In this document: positions 11,688 to 23,230 of the stretch, one piece after another | How the letters are laid out: the number at the start of each line of letters is the position of its first letter | Position numbering within the stretch: position 1 is the first letter of the stretch | Assembly: GCA_047967505.1 (NCBI GenBank) | Contig: CM106538.1 | DNA length: 64,000 nucleotides | DNA from: Dipteris shenzhenensis | Lineage: Eukaryota | Strand: one strand, 5' to 3' | The notes under the pieces: generated by a model | The model's database searches: none | Seen by the model: the letters and a program-made list of their open reading frames with translations, nothing else | What the model was told of the DNA's origin: nothing | Program-made: the position numbers and the translations under genes

Positions 11688-13064
11688 TTGTTCGAGTTGA
11701 ATGCATGCACTAAGAGGGATCATTTTCCTTTGCCATTCCAAGATGAAATACTAGACCAAGTAGCAGGGCATGAGATGTATTCTGTATGTGATGGGTATTC
11801 TGGGTACTTTCAAATTCGTATTCGGGAGGAAGATCAAAAGAAAACATCATTTGTCACACCTTGGGGAGTTTTTGCTTATAGAGTGATGCCTTTTGGGTTG
11901 ACCAATGCACCAGCTACATTTCAAAGGTTCATGAGTCAAGTCCTGAAGCCTTACTTGAAAAAGTTCATATGGGTGTTTTTGGATGATTTTTGCATTTATT
12001 CTTGGCGCATAGATCACATGGAGAAGTTAAAGATGGCCTTAGCTAGGATTGATGAAGCAAAAGGGTGTCTAAATCCTAGCAAGTGTCATTTGGCTCAAAC
12101 AAAAGTAGTCTTGTTGGGGCATATTGTGTCTGAAGAAGGCCTGCAAATGGATCCTGACAAGGTTCAAGCAATCATGGCATTGCCAAGTCCTAAGAGTATC
12201 ACTGGTGTTCATAGAATTCTAGGAAAGAGCAAGTATTATCAACGCTTTTGTGATGATTTCATAGAGATAGTGCATCCCATGAACTTGCTGACAAGAAAAG
12301 GAGTTTCTTTTCAATGGGGTGTGGAGCAACAAGAGTCTTTCCAGAAACTTAAGGAGGCCATGAGTAAGGGCCCAATATTGAAGCCCCCTGATTGGTCTCA
12401 AGACTTTTATGTAAATCCAAGTGTATCTTTGCATTCAGTTGGTGCTGTATTGCTACAAAAAGGAGAGGCAGGTAAAATGCAACCCATCTATTATGCCAGC
12501 CGACAGCTTACAGATGTGGAAACAAGGTATGAAAAAATGGAGCAGCAAGCTCTCTCTTTGGTGTTTTCTGTCAGAAAGTTTTGCTCCTATTTATTACCTC
12601 GACCATTTTTCTTCCTTACCTCTCAGTCTGTATTAGCATATCTAGTTCGCAAGCCTAATCCTGGGGGGAGATTTGCAAAATGGTTGTCAAAGCTTCAAGA
12701 GTTCTCTTTATCTTTTGTCACTGAAAATACCACTAGGTCCACTATGGTAGATTTGCTCACAGGACGGGAGGATCTAGGAGAAGAAAAGAAATGTAAGGAG
12801 AACATTAAAGATGAAAGGGATACACCACCAACAGCTTTTGTTTTGTATTTTGATGGGGCTTTTAGTCCTTCATGCCAACAAGGAGCCAGGGGAATAGTCT
12901 TGATGAATCCTAAAGGTCAAGAGGTATGGGCAAGAGGACAAGAGCTTCCAGGTTTCACAACTAACAATGCAGCTGAGTATAATGCTTTGATTCTTGGTTT
13001 GGAGGGTTGTCTTCAAAGTCAAGTTAAAGAATTGGAAGTAAAGGAGATTCTCAGCTTCTTATAA
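11688..13064 (+). CDS. Gypsy RT + RNase H + additional archaeal-type RNase H (partial pol, 458 aa open)
   Basis: DGYSGYFQI, MPFGLTNAPATFQR, VFLDDF, QPIYYASRQL, then LYFDGA...TNNAAEYNALILGL. Confidence 0.85.
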   Translation: MFELNACTKRDHFPLPFQDEILDQVAGHEMYSVCDGYSGYFQIRIREEDQKKTSFVTPWGVFAYRVMPFGLTNAPATFQRFMSQVLKPYLKKFIWVFLDDFCIYSWRIDHMEKLKMALARIDEAKGCLNPSKCHLAQTKVVLLGHIVSEEGLQMDPDKVQAIMALPSPKSITGVHRILGKSKYYQRFCDDFIEIVHPMNLLTRKGVSFQWGVEQQESFQKLKEAMSKGPILKPPDWSQDFYVNPSVSLHSVGAVLLQKGEAGKMQPIYYASRQLTDVETRYEKMEQQALSLVFSVRKFCSYLLPRPFFFLTSQSVLAYLVRKPNPGGRFAKWLSKLQEFSLSFVTENTTRSTMVDLLTGREDLGEEKKCKENIKDERDTPPTAFVLYFDGAFSPSCQQGARGIVLMNPKGQEVWARGQELPGFTTNNAAEYNALILGLEGCLQSQVKELEVKEILSFL

Positions 13065-15623
13065 AGCAAATGTAAGGGCATTACAAGACAAGAAGTCCTC
13101 ATTTGAAGGAGCTTAATCAAAAGGCTATGGCACTATGTAGTCAGTTGATTTTTGCAAGTTTGTTCATATAAACAGAAAAGAAAATCAAAGGGTAGATGAG
13201 CTAGCTACTCAAGCCATTGTAGTACAAGACCAGGGGGTGGTTTCTTGGGTAGACACTGGACAAAACTACACTGGGTAGACACTGGCCAAAACTACAAGAT
13301 GTTCAGAAATATGTGGAAGAAGGCATGTTTCCTCGAGGATTAACTCCATAATAGAAGCAGAGATTGGTTACTTTTGGCCACGCCTCCATAAGGATGTATA
13401 TGAATGTCACGAATGGAACCTATCAGCTTGAGGAGGTTGATGGCATGGTGATACCCGGACACACCAATGAGTATCACCTTAAATTCTTCTATGCTCGACC
13501 ACCTTGAGGGCCAGCAGACCCTCTCTGTACTAGAGAGGATCTGCTGGGGGGGGAAAGATGTGACGCCAAAAATTGATATTTTTAATTTGGCATTGGTATT
13601 GTTTTTCTCTATGTTTGATAAGAGTTTGAGTATCAAGTGATAGCCTAGCGGCTCTCACTTATTTCTATTTTCTATGATATTGTATGGGATGGAGAGGATG
13701 AGTGGAATGGCTCATTGTAAATACCATAGGTATGAATTATAAATACCTTGGTATGGGGAGAGAGTTATTTGTGTATGGGATATTATGGAGTTTTTTAGAA
13801 AATAGGAAGAGTGAGTCATATAAAGAGGTGGGCTCATGTCCATGTGTTCCAATAATATAAGAAAGGCCACATGCAGAGCGTGTGGAAGGCATGTGGAGGA
13901 GTGTGAAGTCAAGAGGAATCCTTCTAGAACTCCTATGTGGAATAAGGAGGATGTGGACATGTGGAAAAGAGAGGGTCCCTATGGGCTCCATGTGAGAAGA
14001 CTCTTGACTTTCTCAATATTTTAAGAGTCTTGAGCATCTTGTGATGGGACACATGGCAAGAGTAGCCAAAAAGGACATGGATGGTGACATACGTGCTTAT
14101 GTGATTGATGGGGAAAGGAATCTATAGGCAGCAATTGTAAATGGGTGAAGGAGGGTAGCAAAATCTCCATAAAAGGAGCCCTCCTCTCCCTTGTTCATCG
14201 AATCTCTTTCACCATTAGGCCTCATGTTGCTGTAGCTCTAGTCTCCGCAAGCCTCTTCCATGAGCCTTCTCTCCCTCTTGTAGATATTCTCTTATGTAGA
14301 CTCTTGAGTCCATCTCTCTCTAGATTATTCTCTCTCTATGAGTAGTCTTGGAGCTTTTGCTCCCTTTTATATGTATGAAACCTCTTCTTCTCCCTTGTGT
14401 TTGTAGTGTTGGAGTGGATTCTCACTCTATTTGTAATGAAGGTCACTTCAGGTTCTCTCTCTCTTGAGTGTCTCGTCCCTTTTCTCTCTTTTAAAGCCTT
14501 GAAAGTTCTTTCTATTCGGCCGCTCGCTGTGCATACATGGTCCATTTGTTTCCCGAGCCACCATGCAAACTTCTTCCCCTCTTCTTGGCAAAATCTATGA
14601 GGGGTGGATCGTTGATAAAGGTGGAGTCTTGAGGGAGCATCCTGCTCAGGCGAAATTAGCCTGGGTGGAGGGTAGTTTTCATGACAGTTTGACCCCTTAT
14701 TAGTGTTTTGCTCATAACTTTTTGCTCGGTAGTCCGATTGAAATTTATGTCAATGCAAAGCTCTCTTTAAGGAGCATGTTTATATGTGATCAGATTTTGA
14801 ATCAGATACTACTACAAGAAGTTATGATTCTCTGTGTCTGATAGTCTATTTTCATGACAGTTTTTACCCCCGTCTAGTAAACTGTCCATAACTTTTTGGC
14901 CGCTTCTCTATTTCTTATGAAACATATATCAGCGTGAAGCTCTCTTTAAGGTGCATGTCTTTAGTGCTTAGATCCTGAATCAGATTCTGCTGCAAAATGT
15001 TATGAGTCTCTGTGTCTAACAGTCTGTTTTCATGATAGTTTTTACCCCCTTCTAGTAAACTGTCCATATCTCTTCAACCGTCTGTCTGTTTTCAATGAAA
15101 CTTATATCAGCACAAAGCTCATCTCAAGGCGCATATCTTTTGTGATTGAATCTCTGATATCATGTCTCTACTGAAAGTTATAGGCCTCTTTGTCTAATGA
15201 CAGTTTGTAGAGTGTTTTGAGCTAAGTGTAAAGGTGTCTATGAAGGAGGTGCAATGTTTCCTCGGAATCTACCCATCCGACCTAATCAGCCCCTTCAAAC
15301 TCCTCGATATATATCAGTTCATGTCATGTTGAGCCGCAAGATCTTCTTTCAACAACGTATCACTCTTCTCTTTGGCGCAGACTGGCTCGCTGAGATTATG
15401 GCCTTTGCTGATCCTTTCCTTCTCCCTATGCTTGATTATAACATCACTTGGGATGTTACCATCTTCATTCTCATCTAAGGGAGGAAAGTATGGTGTGGTA
15501 TCTTGGCATAAAAGCTTCTTTCTAATGTCCCATTCTCAATTATAAATATCTTTGGCAGTCAGTTCGAAAGCAGCAGGAAGTGAAGAGGTGCGTGAAGTTT
15601 ATTACCCCCAACTTCATGTCACA

Positions 15624-15831
15624 GATTGTCAAACATCCTTTGATCCCTTTTAGTGCTTCTTGTAGGTGTATACTCATAATATTCATAGACCCTGGTGATT
15701 GCATCATCGATGTCTTTGCAGGTTGCTTTGGGATGGCAAGGCTTTGCAAAGAGTTAGGTCGCCATTGTCTTTCCATAGAGAATGACAATGTTGTTGCTGA
15801 CATGTGTCTGCGATCAATCAGTACAGAATAG
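15624..15831 (+). pseudogene. 3' end of the interrupted gene: SAM-binding C-terminus resembling beta-class N6-adenine/N4-cytosine DNA methyltransferases
   Basis: KHPLIPFSASCRCILIIFIDPGDCIIDVFAGCFGMARLCKELGRHCLSIENDNVVADMC* fits the family pattern HP..KP......I...T.PGD.VLDPFAGSGTT..AA..LGR..IGIE. The TSD joins it to position 8874. Confidence 0.7.
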
Positions 15832-16002
15832 CATTTCCATAAACTATGTAGTATTGACAGTAATACTTGTGATCATCACTTTTGATGTTCTTGTTGAGGT
15901 TGTCATGTAACACATACAATGCCCTTGGTCATGGTGGTTGTGTGGCACAAGAGTGTCTTTATTGCTCTATGCTTTTTGCTCTTTTTTGGATCCATAGTCA
16001 GA

Positions 16003-18032
16003 GGTTACTATGTGGGGAATGCCCTTGTCAATATGTATGCCAATTTTGTGAACCTAGATGATGCAAGGGCAGTGTTTGCAGAGATGCCACAATGGGTTGT
16101 GGTCTCCTAAGTGCGATGATTGCTGGTTGTGCTAAGAATGGGCATGGCAAGACAGCCCTGCAACTATTCAAACACACAAAGAATTTTGTGAACTAACCTA
16201 TTGGGATGTAGTGTCATAAATGTCCTCTAGCAACTCTGCCTGGATATCCTTTCAGGATGTGCTCATACAGCCTTATGAATGCCTGAATGGGAAAGTCTCC
16301 TCTCTGACTGGAGGAAATCTCTCTAGAGAAACCTCTGACTGGATTCCCATTCCTCAATGCCTGCATGCTGGACACCTGTTTGCTGAAGTGTTGCTGTGGT
16401 TCTACTGGAACTCGAACCTGCAAAAAGGTTGGCCACTGTCTGGGACAGCCCTCCAGGCTACAAGTCCTCACTACTGCCCTACGTTCCTGTAGTCCATGGC
16501 TCCTGCCTGCACACCTTCCTGCAGACTGCTCTCTCTCCTTCCTACAGACTGCTCTCTCTGGCCACAGCTGTCTGTTGTAGACTGCAGTGCTCTGAGAGTG
16601 TCTTGCTGTTGGGGGCATGTAGGTGTTTTATACCCCTTTTTTCCCAGCCAGTTGGTTGCAATATGGCTGGAGGAGGGAGGTCGGCTGGAAACAGCTAAGT
16701 CGGCCAGTAAATTCTAACCGACTGATTTTTGGCCCTTTTGGCATCTATGTGTGCCCTTCTGCCCAACATTTTGGACCCAAGCCTTAGTCCATAGCCCTCA
16801 ATTAGGGCAGCCACCCACAGAGCTGCACATTGCTGTACAGAACTTCCATCTTGGCAACTTCCACCACATGAACCACTGGAGAAGTTGCTTGCCACTGCCA
16901 CCACTGCCGCCACCAGTGTTGCTGTCTGTCCATGGCCATGCTTCATGCTACTTGTAATTTGGCTTCTCTCAAGCCTGGTGATCAACAGGCATCCTGCTGA
17001 TGGGTTACACTCCCCCACTAGAACTGCGGAATTCCTATGTGTAGACTCGAAGTAAAGGACTACATCCTTGCCAAATTGTGATTCATCCAACCACACTTTG
17101 TCATACATAGGATACCCCTTAAACCTTCCGTCTGGTACCCTTCTTGTACTGATGCAACAAGACTTATTAAGTCTACCACCAACTCTTATAGACTGTCATT
17201 GCCCACAATATCTAGCTCCTTTTGATCAGGGGGTGCTCATAGGAATCAGACCATGATCTTTGGTTACTCACATGAACTACCGAATGCATCTTCCAACCCG
17301 CTGGCAACTCCAACTGGTAGGTGAGACTGAACATGTGCATGTTGTTCTTGCTTGAGCTTTTTGGGAAAATGCAACATAGTGGCATGAAGCTAGATAGATT
17401 CATATTCCAATGCATGGGAGCCTTAGAAGAGGGTAGAGTAATCTATGCTACTATTGTTAGCAACAGATGGGAGTTGGATTTTGTTGTGGGGAATGCTCTC
17501 ATCAATATGTATGGCAAATGCAGCAGCAGAGAGGATGTGACGGTGGTGTTTGTTACAGAGTTGCTATAGTGAGATGTCATCTCCTGGAGTGCCCTGATTG
17601 GCAAGGAGGCATTGCTACTCTTTGCCTTATGGATTTGTGAGCCATCGTGACTGCCCTAGCAGAGGATTGAGTGATTGCCCATAAAGGGCATGGCAAAGAA
17701 TCTCTGCAACTGTTTGGCCAAATGCAGGTTGAAGGTCTCGTGCCAGAGACAAGATCACCTTCGTCTGTGTTATGGATGCTTGTGCTTGTATGACATCCCT
17801 AGAAGAGGGTCGTGTGACCCATGCTACTGTTGCTGGCAATGATGGGAGTCAGATGTTATTGTGGGGAATGCCCTCATCCATATGTATTGCAAGTGCGTGA
17901 ACCTAAATGATGCAAGGGCAGTGTTCACAGAGATGTCACAGTGGAATGTGGTCTCCTAGAGTGACATAAGTGCTGGTTGTGCTCAAAATGGGCATGGCAA
18001 GGCAGCCCTGCAACTGTTCAGTGGAATGCAGG
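16003..18032 (+). pseudogene. Fragmented PLS-class pentatricopeptide-repeat (PPR) gene, interrupted by a chromovirus fragment and cut off by an LTR
   Basis: Repeated VGNAL(V/I)NMY.KC....DARAVF.EM...VVSW..MIAG.A.NGHGK.ALQLF motifs at ~16003-16170 and ~17350-18032, with stops and frameshifts. Confidence 0.85.
16212..17325 (-). mobile_element. 3' fragment of a chromovirus-type Gypsy: integrase C-terminus/chromodomain remnant, PPT and putative 3' LTR (16212-17009)
   Basis: TYQLELPAGWKMHSVVHVS and KGYPMYDKVWLDESQF; AGTGGGGGAG followed by TGTAAC on the minus strand. The left boundary is tentative. Confidence 0.6.
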
Positions 18033-18334
18033 TGAAAAAAAGGCTCTCGACCTCTTTATTTGTTGATAGTGCACTATGTGGATGGGACTTCTCTTCATGT
18101 TGGTTTTCGATTTCTCCTCATCTCCTCCCAATCTAAGCCGTGATACCTTCATTTTGATTTCAAAGAAAGGTTTTTCCAAATTCCATGCACACATTATTGT
18201 ACACACATAGTATTGCACGAGGATCCTTCCATTACTTCATAAGTCTTACTTTACGAAGTTATGTCAAGTTCATTCATATCCATAAGCAAGGCCCTCTCTC
18301 TCTAGGTGACATCAAGAGATGTCGGCCTATAACA
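18033..18334 (-). mobile_element. Orphan 3' LTR (302 bp, TGTTAT...TTTTCA) with upstream PPT
   Basis: GAAAGGGGG immediately precedes TGTTATAGG on the minus strand. It abuts the PPR sequence at 18032. No partner LTR in the window. Confidence 0.6.
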
Positions 18335-18459
18335 CCCCCTTTCAGCTCCTGGATGGAATAGAGACGCTAGGGAGATGGGTGAATGAAAAGCTCACAATAT
18401 TCATGAAAATTGAAAAAAAGCTCGTGACAAAAAGCTCACCAAAAAATCACACCCGGTTT

Positions 18460-20068
18460 AACATAACCTATTAGTTGTTGCATGTAGACTTCCTAGTCTA
18501 GATAACCATTGAGAAATGCATTCTTAACATCGAGCTGATACACATTCCATCTACTGAGTGTCAGTAGTGATATCAAGAACCATATGGAATCCATCTTTGC
18601 TACTGGAGCATAAGTCTCATCATAATCTTGACCATATTGTTGTGCAAATCCTTTTGCAACTAGTCTGGCTTTGTATCTCTGAATACTGCCATTTGGATTG
18701 TACTTCACTTTGTATACCCTTTTGTTTGCTATGGCCTTCTTTCCTGGTGGAAGGTCACATAATTCCCAAGTATTATTCTTATACAAAGCATCCATTTCTT
18801 CATTCATAATAGTTTGCCATTCCAGCTTGTCTACTGCATCTTCGAAGTACACTGGCTCTTCTGTAGCCATGATGGTAGTCATAAGAGCATAATTGGTGGT
18901 TTCACCCTGAATCGCTTTGCCTTTTTGAGCATATGCCGATCTCTGACTGGAGGTCTGCTTTCCCTAGTAGACTGTCTGAGTTGCTGTGGCTCTGCTTGGG
19001 GTGTTGTTGGCAATTCTTGCTCTTCTTCATCAACTTGTTCTGTAGATGACTGTGAAGTCGATGCTTCTATCTCCTATGTAGGTGAGGTTTTCCATTCTAA
19101 TTCCTCATCAAAGATTACATCTCTAGGGATAATGACCTTGCGGTTGATGGGATCATACAATTTGTATGCTTTGCTTTCTTCACTGTAGCCATTCATGATG
19201 CATTTGCATGACTTTGCATCCAATTTCCTATGATGATCATCATGTATGTGGGCATATGCTATGCAACCAAATATGCGGAGATGCCCAATGTGTGGCTTGT
19301 GTCCAGTGAATGCTTCATAAGGAGTCATACCCTATGTCGGTTCGGTAGGAAGCCGATTAAGCAAGTAGTTTGCTGTAGCTATTGCTTTTACCCAATACTG
19401 ATTCGAAAGATGCATTTCACTAAGCATTGCTCTAGCGCTGTCTGCTAAAGTCCCATTCTTCCTTTCAACTCTTGCATTCTGATGAGGAGTATCTGCCCAT
19501 GTGAATTGTCTTCGAATGCCATGATTTCTGCAAAAGTTCATGAATGCTGAAGACATGTATTCACCTCCTCTATCTGATCTCATGACCTTGATCTTTCTGC
19601 CTGTTTGGTTTTCTGCCTTGGCTTTGAATTCTTGAAATCCGGAAAACACTTTAGATTTCTCTTTTAGAAAGTAGACCCAACAATATCTATTGTAGTCGTC
19701 GATGAAAGTCAAGTAGTAAAGTGAACCATTGATGCTGCAGGTCTGGGCATAACCCCATACATCTGTATGTATCAAATCAAGAATACCTCGTGCATGAGAG
19801 GTACTTCTAGCAAAGTTGGTTCGCTTTTGTTTGCCGAAGTAGCATGCTTCACAAACTTTTCCAAGAAACTGTAGCTTCATAATCCCAATTGCCATATTTT
19901 GATTCCTGAGATCTAACAAGTACTTGAAGTTGACATGACCATATCTCTTGTGCCATTTTGCGGATAGTGGCATCTGTTGCGATTGAGCTAACATGGCATG
20001 CTTATCTGGTACTTTAGCTAGCATTCTGTATAAGCATCCTTCCTTGACACCTTTTGCTACTAGCTAAC
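18460..20068 (-). mobile_element. Element H, 3' part: Copia GAG-pre-integrase, integrase and truncated RT
   Basis: [49 protein letters not shown]. Confidence 0.9.
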
Positions 20069-20455
20069 TATGAAGAGAGTGGGAGAGAAGTAAGGAGTCT
20101 CACTTGCAGCTTTCTCACATACACAATAGGGAAATACACACAAAGATGGAGGCTAAAATCAATTTCCCTCTTCTTAGTTGTGAAAGCCAAAAGAACTCTC
20201 TCTAAGTACAAAAGGAATAGGTGAACCCTATATGTGGGTCTCAAACCAAACTCAGCTAACCTAGGTGGCATACTAACTGAGCCACTAACTAGAGTACATA
20301 AAGATAGCTATCATCCAGCTATTATTCATGGGCGGTGTACCAACTGCATCTGCAACTAACAAGTCAGTGACATAAATGCACAATGGTCACCTTGGCATAT
20401 CACGAGTGGAGCTCGATATCTCAACACTCCCCCTCGAGCTCAATCCCAATTCCTA
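20069..20455 (-). mobile_element. Displaced 3' end of Copia G: last pol codons, PPT and 3' LTR (20069-20426)
   Basis: Reverse-complement homologue of LTRs 46680-47040 and 49404-49764; PPT CGAGGGGGAG is adjacent. Confidence 0.9.
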
Positions 20456-22399
20456 CAACACCCCTTCAAAGATATTGTAGCACCTACTATCTCTACGGAT
20501 CTTCTTTCTCTCATAGCTAGTACTTTCCGAAGGAAAGGAGAAAGTGGTCAGAAACCTATAGATACCAGCATATCATGGATCCCCAACTTCTATGGCCACT
20601 ACAAGGGTTACATCGAGGCACTCCTCTAAATCAATCAAAGCATTCTTCAAGTTGGAATAACCCCCTTTTACAAAGTTGAAAGAAAAATCATATTCTTGTA
20701 GAACTGCCAACCATTTGGCGAACTGACCCATGGGATTTGGTGATTGAATAACCTGCTTTGCAAGACCATTGCTAGAGATTATAATGAAGGACTTCCCAGC
20801 TACATAATGCTTAAATTTCTCAATACAGAACATCAAAGACAAGGCATGCTTGTCAACCTCAGAGTAGCATCGTTCAGTTTCAAGAAATTGTCGAGAAGCA
20901 AATCGAACGGGATACATGAACCGATCCTCCCCTTGCTAGAGAAGAATACCCACCATAGTGTGCTCACCAAACCCAACATTGCTATGGAAAGTCTTTGACC
21001 AATTAGGATTGCATAGAATGGGTTCTGAAGCCACAACACTCTTGATTTGTACAAACCCATGATCACAATCCTCATCCTAAGAGAAATCAACCCCATCTTT
21101 TAATACTGTAGTCATGGGTCATGTCAAAGTAGCATATTGATCAATGAATCAGTGATAGTATCTTGCTAGATTGACAAATGAGCATACCTGACATTTTGTT
21201 GTTGGCGGGGAGAGATTGAGGATAGCTTCTACCTTCTCAGGGTCAGGCTTGACTGATGGGATATCTCAAGGTGTATGCCTCAGGCACACCTTGGCTTCTA
21301 TGTGTGAGTGCTAGAGGCACAGTTAGGTGCCCACAAGCACAGTTAGGTGGTGGAGAGCCACATAGGATGATTGAGAGAATCTAGGAGCAGATTGAGGAGA
21401 TGATTGTGGAGCTCTGAAGTCATCAGTGATGTCAGTGAGCATGTATGAGGTGCCTACTTAAGGACCTCACTCTTCTTCATTCCATAATGCAAGTATTCTG
21501 AGTTTGTGTCCACTCTTTCCTTTCCTTTCAGTTTACCAACATGGTATCAGAGCCCTTTGATCCCCCTTGAGCCCATTTTTGCCACATCATCATCTTCTTC
21601 TTCATCTTCTTCTTCTCCATTTTCCTCCTTCTTCCCAAAATCTTTGAGAGCTTGGTTCTCCGCCTACAAATGACCATTGCCCAAACCCTCTGATTTGGAA
21701 ACTCCTCTAGTATGGTCGAACTTCCACCTGCAAGCAATTGAGAAAAAAACGTCTCTGTTGGCTGCCATTCTCCAAACGGCAAATTTCCTCTATTGCTTAA
21801 TACTCCCTGCCTACTCCGCCATTGTCTGAGCCCTCTTAGGAGTAGATGGGCGACCTCAAGATGAAGATTTTGAGCCACTTTTCAGCTCATTTTGTTTAGT
21901 AACGAGGGAGAAATCATCAAAACTCAGGTTCAGTCTGTAGCAACTCCCCCGGGCAAAAGTACGCACCATTTTGTCCAACCTCTGTGCTGGACCCTCTCTG
22001 GTATATGAGCTTTCTTTTGCTTCAGAAAGCCCTCTTTTCCTTGCTTTGAAGAGTGAGCTACAAGCCCCCCAAGTTCAGCCTTTTAGTTTTGATAGTTTTG
22101 GACAAGTTTTTGAAGATGATGCTACATAAAATGCTACTCTAGCATTTCTGGTTTTTTGAAACTTTCAATAACTTCAGTACAAGTGTGGCTTCAGTTTTGT
22201 TTTGAATTGCTAGACCTGGTTTTGATTGGAAAGTATTCATTTTAGCCACTTCTATGAAGCATGTAAGCAGAAGCATCATTGATTGAATATTGGTCACTAG
22301 TCTTTGCTACATCAAGTGCTCATATTTTGGAAGTCTTTCAGTTATTTTTTGCCTTGTAAGAGAGATAGACACTGCCCAATATCTGGGTTAGACCCTCTC

Positions 22400-23230
22400 A
22401 TGGCTACCCTATTGAATCTAGAGAAGTTCAATGGAAAGGGCTTCCACACATGGCAGATGAAGGTGAAATTTGCATTGATGAGGGAGAACCTATGGGGACT
22501 TGTCAAACCGACTCCTACCGCTTCTTCTACGGCCTCCAATGCTGGAGAATCCTCAACTCCGACACGACCGGCAAGGGATCCAGCTAGAGAAGAGAAAGCA
22601 TATGGTATCATTGCTCTTGCTTTAGGAGATGATTATATTCACCATATCTCTGACTTAGAGTCTCCTTCAGAAGCTTGGCAGAAGCTTGACATGATTTTTG
22701 GTGCTAGCTCTCACATTTCTAAACTATCACTTAAAATCTCTTTCTTTGAATTGAAGATGGTTAGTGGCACTACTTTGGCAGCTCATGTCAACTATATGCG
22801 GAGTCTTATGACTCAATTAGCTTCTATCAACTCTCCTATTACTCCAGATGATGCTATGGCAGTGTTACTTAAGAGTATGCCTGAAGATTATGATCATATA
22901 GTTACCACTTTGAAAAATCTTCCTAATCCTAATCTTGAAGGTATTATCTCTGCTCTCCAAGAAGAAGAAAGGCATATGGAGCTCAGGAAAGGAAATGACA
23001 CTGCTTATGCTGTAAAAGTCCAGAAGGGCAAATATACCCCTTGCAATCACTGTGGAAAGACAAATCACCTTTCAAAGGACTACTTCAAAATTAATCCATG
23101 CAAGCACTGTGGCAAGAACAACCATAATGAGAAGTTTTGCAGAGCCAAAGAAAAGATAGAAAATGCAAATCTACTTTCAGTTGATGAGCCTCCGCAAGAT
23201 GAGGCATCCTTTGAAGATTATGCATTTTAA
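22400..23230 (+). CDS. gag: Copia-type Gag (276 aa) with two zinc-knuckle-like motifs and its own stop codon
   Basis: EKFNGKGFHTWQMKVK, LLKSMPEDYD, CNHCGKTNHLSKDY (degenerate), CKHCGKNNHNEKFC. No protease or pol follows. Confidence 0.88.
   Translation: MATLLNLEKFNGKGFHTWQMKVKFALMRENLWGLVKPTPTASSTASNAGESSTPTRPARDPAREEKAYGIIALALGDDYIHHISDLESPSEAWQKLDMIFGASSHISKLSLKISFFELKMVSGTTLAAHVNYMRSLMTQLASINSPITPDDAMAVLLKSMPEDYDHIVTTLKNLPNPNLEGIISALQEEERHMELRKGNDTAYAVKVQKGKYTPCNHCGKTNHLSKDYFKINPCKHCGKNNHNEKFCRAKEKIENANLLSVDEPPQDEASFEDYAF

Larger units (their letters stand above)
8875..15623 (+). mobile_element. Element I: non-autonomous Tat-like Ty3/Gypsy element with ~2.07-kb LTRs (8875-10944, 13559-15623), TSD GATTG
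   Basis: TGTGAC...GTCACA termini; GATTG at 8870-8874 and 15624-15628; PBS-like TGGTGGAGACGCCGGG at ~10950; G-rich PPT at ~13545-13558. Confidence 0.93.

Noticed and set aside
15580-15623. Start of the 83-aa MTase-like ORF, suggesting the LTR encodes the MTase
   Set aside because: These codons are LTR read-through. The MTase-like part lies beyond the TSD and does not follow the other LTR copies.
5609-15831. Bacterial contamination as the source of the ParB/MTase motifs
   Set aside because: The gene has spliceosomal GT-AG introns, CAG-to-TAG-type decay and a plant LTR insertion with a TSD
18033-18334. Pairing this LTR with K's LTR or with a 5' LTR of H
   Set aside because: No sequence similarity to 42752-42874 or to the region around 44490
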